From the NCBI GenBank assembly GCA_963699755.1, contig CAVOVB010000004.1:157303-221302 (forward strand): 64,000 nucleotides of DNA, read 5' to 3'. This DNA comes from an uncultured delta proteobacterium (lineage in GTDB: Bacteria > Myxococcota_A > Polyangia > Polyangiales > Houyiibacteriaceae). How positions within the stretch are numbered: position 1 is the first letter of the stretch; each line of letters starts with the position of its first letter. Position numbers and translations under genes: made by a program. Of this stretch, positions 17,918-25,951 are shown piece by piece. The notes under the pieces were generated by a model, which saw only the letters and a list, made by a program, of their open reading frames with translations, was not told the DNA's origin and made no database searches.

Positions 17918-20050
17918 TCAGTGCCCCTGAAGCGCAAGCCGCACGGTGTCCCCGTCGCGTCCCGTCGCCTTCGCAACCCCGTCATCGCCCAGAAGCTCGA
18001 CTCGCAACTCCCGATTCGCCCTCGAGCGCCGACCTTCCTCTTGCCCGACCCGAACCTCCAACGCGCCGCCCCGGAGAACCGCCTCGTACGTCGTCAGCAG
18101 GTAGTCGCCTTCGCGGTAGCCAAATCCGTCGCCGGCGTCTTCGTAGAGACGGCCGGATGCGTTCCCTGACGCATCCAATGACACGATGAGCGTCAGCGGG
18201 CCCTCGACGGCTTCGTCGCTAGTCTGTCCGCCAGAACCGACTGGCAGAATCGCTCCATCGCGCAGTCGGAGGATCGGGTTCGCGGAGGTCGCCTCGGCGG
18301 TTTCTCCCGCGAGCGCGAACGAACGCCAGCGTCCCGCCGGCAGCGCGAAGTCGTGCGTCCCACTCTCGACGAGTCGAGGTTGAACCAGCACGTCGCCGCC
18401 GAGCAGGAAGGCATGATCTTCATCGCGAAGCGAAAGGTCGGCTGGATCCGCGAAGAACAGGGGGCGCGCGACCGGCAGCCCCGTCGTCGCCGCATCGTGG
18501 AATGAGGTGTAGAGATAGGGGAGAAGCCGGTATCGGCGAGTCAGCGCCAGCCGGGATAGCTCCTCGGCGCGCTCGCCGAACGACCAGGGCTCCTGGTTGC
18601 CGCGCAGGGCGTTGTGGTTCCGGAAGAAGGGCAAGAGGGCGCCCACTCCCATCCAGTGCGCAAAAAGGTCCGGGGAGGGCATACCCGCAAAACCGCCCAC
18701 GTCGGGCCCAGAGTACGGCTGCCCCGACAGGCCGAGGTTCAAAGCCATCGGCACCGACCAGTGCAGGTGCTCCCACGTCGAGCTGTTGTCACCGGTCCAG
18801 GTCGCGGCATAGCGTTGCCCACCGAGGTAGCTCGACCGAGTCAGAACGAAAGGGCGCCGATCCGGGCGGGCCTCACGCATCGCATCGTATGTAGCTTTGG
18901 ACATCAAGAGCCCGTAAACGTTGTGGTATTGGGCATGGTTTCCAGGGGCGATGTCGCCGCCGCCGCGATGTCGAAGGTCCTCGGGCAGCTCGGCGCCAAG
19001 CGGCAGAATCGGGGAAGGCTCGTTCAGATCGACCCAGACCCCGTCCATCCCCTGTTCGAGAAACTCGATCGTCCGTCGCAGCCACCAGGCGCGGGTCTCG
19101 GGGCGTGTATAGTCGGGGAAGGCCGCGTAGCCGGGCCAGGTCCATTCTTGGTGTTCCCGGCCTTCGGCGTCGGTCAGGAAGTGAGATCCGGACACCCCTT
19201 CGTCATAGACCGCGTACCCCGCCTCCGCCTTGATCGCCGGATCGAGAATCCAGACCGACTTGAAGTCGAGCGCGTGCAAGTAGTCATTCGTGCCCTTGGG
19301 GTCGGGAAAGCGCTCTGGGTCGAACGTGAACACCTTGTACTCGTCCATGTAGTGAATATCGACCCAGATGACGTCGCAGGGAAGCTCGCGCTTTCGAAAC
19401 TCCTCGGCGAGCTCCCGCACGCGCGAGTCCGGGTAGTAGGAGAATCGGCATTGGTGATAGCCCAGCGTCCATCTGGGCGGAAGCTCGATTCGGCCCATCA
19501 AGTCTGCGAGCCTCCGCAGCACTTCCTGCGGCGAAGCACCTTCGATGACGATGACCGGGAAGGGCTGCGCCGAGCTGAGCCTGATCCCGTCGCGAAGGTC
19601 GATCTCGAGCCGATAGGTCGTATCGGCAAGCACCCCAAACGCGCTGCCGTCCGCGCGCAGGGCCAAGACCCAGGGATGCGCTTGATAGAGACTCTTCGAA
19701 CGCTCATCGTAGCGCGGCGCCGGCTTCCCATCCTCTTCGATGCGAAACGGCTGCTTCGCCCAGCACTCGGTGACGAAGCCATTGCGCAGGAGCGGGCCGG
19801 CAACTTCACCGGTGCCGTAGAAGCTCGTGTTGGGGTCGGTGCGGATGGCGGCGACGAAACGGTCTTGGCTGCACTCGAAGCGCGGAACCACAGGCCAGGA
19901 GCCAGGCACGGAGCCATGTGCGGGCAGCGGCTCGAGGAGCGCGAAGGAGCGCGGAAGCGTCGCAGGGTCGACGCTGGACGGAACGAAGCGGGCCACGCCA
20001 TCGGCGATAAGCCCCGGTTCCTGATGCGTTGGCGCAGACACGATCCGCAC
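17918..20050 (-). CDS. GH31 alpha-glucosidase
   Basis: LYQAHPW, PPRWTLGYHQCRFSY, nucleophile motif WVDLNEPS, acid/base motif WTGDN, PDVGGF, PFFRNH, LYEDAGDG. Confidence 0.92.
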   Translation of the reverse strand: MRIVSAPTHQEPGLIADGVARFVPSSVDPATLPRSFALLEPLPAHGSVPGSWPVVPRFECSQDRFVAAIRTDPNTSFYGTGEVAGPLLRNGFVTECWAKQPFRIEEDGKPAPRYDERSKSLYQAHPWVLALRADGSAFGVLADTTYRLEIDLRDGIRLSSAQPFPVIVIEGASPQEVLRRLADLMGRIELPPRWTLGYHQCRFSYYPDSRVRELAEEFRKRELPCDVIWVDIHYMDEYKVFTFDPERFPDPKGTNDYLHALDFKSVWILDPAIKAEAGYAVYDEGVSGSHFLTDAEGREHQEWTWPGYAAFPDYTRPETRAWWLRRTIEFLEQGMDGVWVDLNEPSPILPLGAELPEDLRHRGGGDIAPGNHAQYHNVYGLLMSKATYDAMREARPDRRPFVLTRSSYLGGQRYAATWTGDNSSTWEHLHWSVPMALNLGLSGQPYSGPDVGGFAGMPSPDLFAHWMGVGALLPFFRNHNALRGNQEPWSFGERAEELSRLALTRRYRLLPYLYTSFHDAATTGLPVARPLFFADPADLSLRDEDHAFLLGGDVLVQPRLVESGTHDFALPAGRWRSFALAGETAEATSANPILRLRDGAILPVGSGGQTSDEAVEGPLTLIVSLDASGNASGRLYEDAGDGFGYREGDYLLTTYEAVLRGGALEVRVGQEEGRRSRANRELRVELLGDDGVAKATGRDGDTVRLALQGH

Positions 20051-20165
20051 GATAGCGCACCAACGCCGACGCGTGTGGATCTAGAGCGTCGCGTCGTGCC
20101 GGTCGTTTGGCACCCTTCCGCACCGATCGCGACGCGCCCGCTGCCCGGAAAAAAGGATCAAGACA

Positions 20166-20203
20166 GAAGATCGAACCCATGGAAGATCGGAAGATCGAAC
20201 CCA
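20166..20203. repeat. Short direct repeats upstream of the RAYT gene (possible REP-like remnants)
   Basis: GAAGATCGAACCCA at 20166-20179 and 20190-20203, with a third core GAAGATCG at 20182-20189. Confidence 0.6.
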
Positions 20204-20330
20204 CGTTGCGCTGAACGCAGCAGGCATCGGCAGATTGTCCTTTGATTTCGTGACGTGGCGCCCGCCGGCGGCCCTCCACCAAACCACCACAGTGGTCTCG
20301 CTAAGCTCCGGGAATCTCAAGAACCGCTTC

Positions 20331-20346
20331 CGGCATGGTATTCGCT
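20331..20346 (+). promoter_or_regulatory. Putative sigma-54 (-24/-12) promoter of the RAYT gene
   Basis: CGGCATGGTATTCGCT: GG(20332-33)-N10-GC(20344-45), ending 14 nt before ATG 20360. Confidence 0.45.
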
Positions 20347-20359
20347 TCTCTCCACCGAT

Positions 20360-21277
20360 ATGACCCGACCTCGCATCGTGGATCCGGGCGCCACCTTGGC
20401 GGTCTCTCGGCGCACCACACGACGGCACTTCCTTCTCCATCCCGACGACGCGCGACAGATGGAACGGGTGTATTGGTATTGCCTGGCGCACGCGGCGAAG
20501 CTTCATGGCGTCCTGGTCCATGCAGCCTGCCTCATGTCGACCCACTCCCACGAGGTCATCACCGATGTGCGGGGCGAGTATCCGAAATTTTTGCAGACCT
20601 TGCACCGTAATTTGGCTCTGTGTACCAAGGCCTTTCGCGGCTGGCCCGAAGAAGTGTTCAATAAGGAAAGTAGCGGCGTCCATGCGTTGCTGACTCCCGA
20701 AGCGATCATCGACTCCATCGCCTATCTCATCGTGAATCCGGTTGAAGCAGGGGCGGTGCGCTACGCCAAAGACTGGCCCGGGGCGCACACACTCCCTGGC
20801 CATGTCGGGACCCGCGTCATTCGAGTTAAGCGGCCCAGGCATTACTTCGACCCTGACAACCCCGAGTGGCCTGATGAACTCGAGCTTCAGTTGGAGATGC
20901 CCGTGGCGCTCGCGCTAGACTATGGGCCCGAGCTTGCCCGTGACCGCATTGCAGAGCGGGTGCACGACAAGCAACACCATGCGTGGAACAAGGCCAAGCG
21001 CAGCGGCCTCTCCTTTGTCGGGCCGAGGCGTGTCCTGAAACTCGCTCACACCAAGCGGGCCAAGAGCTATGAAGTGTTTGGGAGCCTCAACCCGCGATTT
21101 GCCGCTTCGGGCAATCGAGCGGCGGCGACCGAAGCAGTGAAGCGGCTTCGAGCATTCAAGGCGCGATACGCACGCGCGCTCCAGGCGTGGACCGCGGGAG
21201 ATCGAAGCGCATGCTTTCCTGAGGGCACCTGGTGGATGCGGGTCTGCCACGGAGCGCGCTGCGGACCTGGACCGTAG
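20360..21277 (+). mobile_element. REP-associated tyrosine transposase (RAYT / Y1 HUH family)
   Basis: MTRPR..PG...VSRRT..RHFLL N-terminus, HUH motif CLMSTHSH, catalytic Y in AYLIVNPVEAGAV..DWPG. Confidence 0.82.
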
Positions 21278-21500
21278 AGTTCAGCCAGAGCCTCGGTGGA
21301 TTTCGCGGCCGCGCGACGAGCACGGTGGCGTTCGGGTGCGCACCAGCGGGGCAATGTGCAAGCGGACGATCGCCATCAAGGAGCTCCTAGCGCCAAATTC
21401 GGCGGAGCTGGGCTCATCGTCGGACCTGAGCGCGCTCGCTGCAGCTTCGCCTTCAGCCTTACGCGGGCTTCGAGCAACCCAATGCCACCGCCGACCACGG

Positions 21501-21522
21501 TCGGATCTCGTCGGATCTCGTC
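21501..21522. repeat. 10-bp tandem duplication at the truncation point of the oxygenase gene
   Basis: TCGGATCTCG TCGGATCTCG TC. Confidence 0.7.
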
Positions 21523-21528
21523 CCGGGC

Positions 21529-22317
21529 GTGCGGGCGTCGCACGACATTACCATCACGCGCAATTACTCCATCCTGCACGACTTCCCGTTCTTCCAAGAC
21601 CCGGAGCTCCTGCAAAGACACGGCTTCCGGGTGGCGCGCTTTCATCGCGACATCCCTTCTCGCTTTGGTGTCATCCCGCGCCGCGGCGGCTCCGACCAGG
21701 TGCGCTGGTTCGAGTTCGAGCCGGGCTATGTCCTTCACATGGTGAACGCCTGGGAAGAGGGCGACTGGATCGTCATGGACGGCTGCTTTCAGCCCGACCC
21801 CTCGATTCGGCGAAACCCCGAGGAGGGCCTGCTCGCCTCGATGCTCGCCTACCTTCGCATCAAGACCCACCTTCGGCGCCGGCGGATGAACCTGGTGACC
21901 GGCGAATGCAAAGAGGAGCAGCTCGATGACTTGAATACCGAGTTCTCCCTGCCGGACACGCTGCCCTACGGCGAGAAGACCCGCTACTCGTATCACCAAT
22001 ACCTGCCGCCCGACATGCACACGGTCGAGTTCCGCGCGCTCGTGAAGTACGACCACGAAGATGGGTCCTGCGTCCGTTACGACTACCCCGACGATTGGTT
22101 CGCAAGCGAATCGCCGTTTGCCCCGAGAGTCGGCTCGAGCAGTGAGGACGATGGCTACGTGGTCACCATCATGATGAGCCGGGACGGCCGGTCCGAGTCC
22201 TGGGTCTTCGATGCGAAGCAAATCGAGCGCGGCCCCATCGCCCCTGTTCGCTTGCCCTCACGCGTGCCGGCGGGTTTTCACGCGAAGTGGATCCCGGGCG
22301 ACCGCATTTGGACCTAG
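21529..22317 (+). pseudogene. Carotenoid-oxygenase (RPE65/lignostilbene dioxygenase) family, C-terminal half only
   Basis: HDITIT.NYSI, YVLHMVNAWEEGD, EFSLPD, SESPFAPR..EDDGY, VPAGFHAKW. 262 aa; the N-terminal part with the first Fe-ligand His is not recognisable upstream. Confidence 0.78.
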
Positions 22318-22349
22318 GCCTGAGACGGGCGAGCCCAGATTTGAGGCGC

Positions 22350-23356
22350 ATGACGATGATGACGATGATGAACAAGCAGGTGCGGCTGGCTTCCCGGCCC
22401 GAGGGTCTCCCGAACGACAGCAACTGGTCTTTCGACGAATGTCCCGTCCCGACGCCGAGCGACGGCGAGGTGCTCGTCGAAATCAGCCACATCTCACTCG
22501 ACCCGGCGATGCGCGTCTGGATGAACGAGGGCGCGACCTACATCGACGACGTGAAGGTCGGCGATCTGATGCGGGCCAACACAGTCGGCGAAGTCATCGA
22601 GTCCAGGTCTCCGAAGCTCAAAGTCGGTGAAACCGTCCAAGGCGTGCTCGGCGTGCAGCAATACGGGGTGGCCAAGCCCAAGGAGCTACTAAGAGTCGAC
22701 GCGGACTTGGCGCCCAGCCAAAGCTATCTCGGCGTCCTAGGCTGGCCCGGCATGACGGCCTACTTCGGCTTGCTCGACATCGGCAAAGCCGAGGAAGGCG
22801 ACACCGTGGTCATCTCGGGCGCAGCCGGAGCCGTAGGCGGCGTCGCCGGCCAAATCGCAAAGATCAAAGGTTGCTGCGTCATCGGCATCGCTGGCGGCCA
22901 GAACAAGTGCGCCTACCTGCTCGACGAGCTCGGCTTCGATGGCGCCATCGATTACAAGACCGAAAACATCCGCAACCGATTGAGCGAGCTCTGCCCAAAG
23001 CGCGTCGACGTCTTCTTCGACAACGTCGGCGGTGAAATCCTCGACGCCGTCTTGAGCAAAATCGGCATGCACGCCCGCGTGGTGATCTCCGGCGCCGTTA
23101 GCCAGTACAACAACCCACGCTTCCGGGGCCCCAACAACTACATGTCGCTGCTGACCTACCGCGCACGAATGCAAGGCTTCGTGGTGTTTGACTATGCGAA
23201 AGAGTGCGGCGAGGCCGCAGCGGAAATCGCGAAATGGATAGCCGAGGGCAAGCTCAAGGAGAGAGAGCAGATCGTCGAAGGCATCGAAATTTTCCAAGCG
23301 CGTTTCTGAGACTCTTCAGCGGAGAGAAACTCGGCAAACCCGTCCTCAAAGTCTGA
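22350..23356 (+). CDS. NADP-dependent oxidoreductase (prostaglandin-reductase/CurA-like MDR), with a 1-nt frameshift near the 3' end
   Basis: LASRPEG, SLDPAMR, GMTAYFGL, SGAAGAVG, FDNVGG. Adding one A at about 23287-23289 gives ...EGIENFPSAFLRLFSGEKLGKPVLKV* ending at 23356. Exact start uncertain (ATGACGATG repeat). Confidence 0.88.
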
Positions 23357-23458
23357 ATCAAATCACACGAACCGAGAACGGCGCCGGATGGGCAGCAAGG
23401 CAGTGGCTCCCAATCGCGAGCACGCCGGTCCCGCGCTGTTCTCCGGTTGTACGGTTGT

Positions 23459-23920
23459 CTACGGACACCCGTCGACGCAGACTCTGAACTCGCTTTCGCA
23501 GGCCGCTACGCAGGTCTTGTCTTTCATCTCGCAGTGGCTGTTGCATCTCGCCCAGCGGTCGTTGCAGAGCGGGTTGCAGCCCGAGAGCTGGTATTCGCCG
23601 GGCGGGGCGCGCGGGTACTCGTGCTCATAGGTGGGCGGGGGCGACGGGGCGACGTCGGTCGGGAGGAGGCGGGTGGCGCCGTCGAGGGTGAGCTGCTCTA
23701 GGCGCATTTCCGCGTAGCGGATACGTTCAGGGGTCTCGTCGGCGGCATGCGATTGGAGCCAGCTGGACCAGCAGGCGCGACGCTGATCGGTGCTGACGGC
23801 AGGATTGTAGTCGGCGCCGTAGCACTGCTCATAGGCATCGTCGCGGATTTGGGCTTGTTTAAGGCTGGGTCCGCATGCAATTGAGAGCAGCAAGGCAAAT
23901 GAAAGGAGCCAACCAGCCAT
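23459..23920 (-). CDS. Cysteine-rich lipoprotein
   Basis: Lipobox LSIA-C; C-terminal four CxxxC units at 11-residue spacing. Confidence 0.7.
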   Translation of the reverse strand: MAGWLLSFALLLSIACGPSLKQAQIRDDAYEQCYGADYNPAVSTDQRRACWSSWLQSHAADETPERIRYAEMRLEQLTLDGATRLLPTDVAPSPPPTYEHEYPRAPPGEYQLSGCNPLCNDRWARCNSHCEMKDKTCVAACESEFRVCVDGCP

Positions 23921-24467
23921 GAGCGCGGAAGCTACCACCTCCGACCAGCCCAACCAAGCTCCCGTCAGCGCTTGGGGTACCTTCGAAGCCAGGGGGCTTG
24001 GAACGCTCTGGCTCGCCTGGACAGACGGCGGCTTGCTGCATCTTTCGTTCGAGCGTCTCGACGGCGAGCTCGTGGACGAGAAAGCCGTACCCGCCGTCTA
24101 CGCAGAGCCTCTCTCTCGCTACTTCGAGGGAAAGGCGGAAGACTTCGCCGCGGTCCCGCTCGACCTTCGAGGCACCGAGTTCCAGCTTCGCGTCTGGAAC
24201 GCGCTTCGCGAGATCCCTTGGGGACAGGTCCGGACCTACGGAGGCGTCGCGCAAGAGATCAGCTCACCGCGGGCCATGCGCGCCGTCGGTCAGGCCAACC
24301 ACGTCAATCCGGTCCCGATCATCGTGCCCTGTCATCGCGTCGTCGAAGCCGGACATCACCTCGGAGGCTACGGTGGCGGCCTCGAACGCAAAAAGCTCTT
24401 GCTAGAGCTCGAAGGCGTCCGCTTTCACGAGGGCGTGGTGCAGCCCGGCCAGATGGAGCTCTTCTGA
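23919..24467 (+). CDS. ogt: Methylated-DNA--protein-cysteine methyltransferase
   Basis: GTEFQLRVW, IPWGQVRTYG, RAVGQA, active-site PCHRV, LGGYGGG. Confidence 0.94.
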   Translation: MSAEATTSDQPNQAPVSAWGTFEARGLGTLWLAWTDGGLLHLSFERLDGELVDEKAVPAVYAEPLSRYFEGKAEDFAAVPLDLRGTEFQLRVWNALREIPWGQVRTYGGVAQEISSPRAMRAVGQANHVNPVPIIVPCHRVVEAGHHLGGYGGGLERKKLLLELEGVRFHEGVVQPGQMELF

Positions 24468-24480
24468 GCACGCCCCGGCG

Positions 24481-25941
24481 TCAGCCGTAACGGGCGGCCA
24501 GCAGGCAGGCGACCACGAGTAGGCCTGCGAAGAGGCTAATCTTGTCCTTCACAGCGAAGAGCACGGGGTCGTCGTGCATCTGACTCCGCGCAGCGAGAAA
24601 CCAGATCCGCATGATCCAGTACACCAGGATCAAGCAGATGCCCCAGAGCACTTCGGGCGCGGAGTAGTAGCGCATCGTTGCCGGGCTGTTGATGTAGAGC
24701 GCGAAAACCAGCACGGCCAGTAGGCCAGCGGCAGGCCCCGCCGAGGAGATGATCGGCAGGTCGGCAGGAACGTAGTTGCGGCCCGCGAGCGATAGGCCGC
24801 CATCGCCTTTGACTTGGATCAGCTCGCTGTAGCGCTTCACGAACGCCAAGCTCGTGAAGAAGAAAATCGAGAAGGCGAGCAGCCAGGGCGAGAGCTTCAC
24901 GTCCACAGCAAGACCACCAGCCACGACGCGATAGGTGAAGAGCGATGCCAGTGCGAGCACGTCGACGATCATCTGCTGCTTGAGAACGAAGCTGTACGCC
25001 GTGGTCAGCGCGACATATCCCAGAAGCACCCAGATGAACTTCGGGCTCACCCAGGCGGCGGCCAACGCAATCGACAGAGCCAGCGAGGCGAGGGACAGCA
25101 AAACGCCCTCCGGGATCGAAAGGGTGCCCGCCGCAAGCGGGCGGTTGCGTTTGCTCCGGTGCTGACGATCTGCGGAAAGGTCGACAAGATCGTTCAAGAC
25201 GTAGATCGATGAGGCGCAGAACGAAAACGAGAAGAACGCCACGATGGCCGTGAAGACCAGATTCAGGTCGGTGTACTGGTGCGAGAAGTAGAGCGGAACG
25301 AAGAGCAGAATGTTCTTGGCCCACTGGTGGGGCCGGAGCTCCTTGATGGCTGCCTTGAGCTTCGGGGGTCGCTCCATCAAGACGGTGGCCCGGGCCACCA
25401 ACTGCTCAGCGGCACGCTGGGTGCGTGCGCTCGGGCAAACCATGCTCGCCTCATGGGCGGCCTTCCAAACCGGCAAATCGGCCGAGGAGTCTCCCAGATA
25501 CTGAAAACCGCCGGCGCCAAATCGACCCGTCAGATAGTCGGCCTTGCGACGGGCCTTGAGGTTCTTCTCGCCGTCGCTTCCAATCGCTTCGTCGAAGAGC
25601 CCCAAGTGGTCTGAAATCGCATCGGCGGTCGCCTGATCGGAAGCGGTGACGAGCAGCACACGACGCCCCTCGGCACGCGCCTCACCGATCAGGTCCAGCA
25701 CCTCCTCTCGATACGGAAGCGTGGCGGGGTCCACCGGCGCGTTCTGCGCCAGGTAGCGTTTCAGCTTCGGGCGGCCCGTCGACAAGGCGGAGAGGGCGGC
25801 GAACACCTTCCAGGGCGCAGACTTGAGCAGGCCGACGAACCCCTCGGCCATCGTGTCGGTCGCCAACAGGGTCCCGTCCAAATCGACGCACAGGGGTCGC
25901 TCGGAGACGGCAGAGCTCGAATCTGTAGGCGCTGTGCTCAA
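24481..25941 (-). CDS. HAD-like + UbiA prenyltransferase fusion (polyprenyl-phosphate phosphoribosyltransferase-like)
   Basis: N-terminal VDLDGTL, LVTAS, GDS; C-terminal RPHQWAKN, YVLNDLVDLSADRQH..KRNRP, KRYSE, HDDPV. Confidence 0.88.
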   Translation of the reverse strand: MSTAPTDSSSAVSERPLCVDLDGTLLATDTMAEGFVGLLKSAPWKVFAALSALSTGRPKLKRYLAQNAPVDPATLPYREEVLDLIGEARAEGRRVLLVTASDQATADAISDHLGLFDEAIGSDGEKNLKARRKADYLTGRFGAGGFQYLGDSSADLPVWKAAHEASMVCPSARTQRAAEQLVARATVLMERPPKLKAAIKELRPHQWAKNILLFVPLYFSHQYTDLNLVFTAIVAFFSFSFCASSIYVLNDLVDLSADRQHRSKRNRPLAAGTLSIPEGVLLSLASLALSIALAAAWVSPKFIWVLLGYVALTTAYSFVLKQQMIVDVLALASLFTYRVVAGGLAVDVKLSPWLLAFSIFFFTSLAFVKRYSELIQVKGDGGLSLAGRNYVPADLPIISSAGPAAGLLAVLVFALYINSPATMRYYSAPEVLWGICLILVYWIMRIWFLAARSQMHDDPVLFAVKDKISLFAGLLVVACLLAARYG

Positions 25942-25951
25942 GGTTTTGCCC

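Noticed and set aside
20166..20203. Repeats as a mini-CRISPR array
   Set aside because: Units are 8-14 bp with no spacer-length intervals and no cas genes.
15285..20245. Long alternative-frame or antisense ORFs (15285-16979, 16049-17908, 18614-20245; likewise 26715-28190)
   Set aside because: Shadows of well-supported genes in high-GC DNA; no recognisable motifs.
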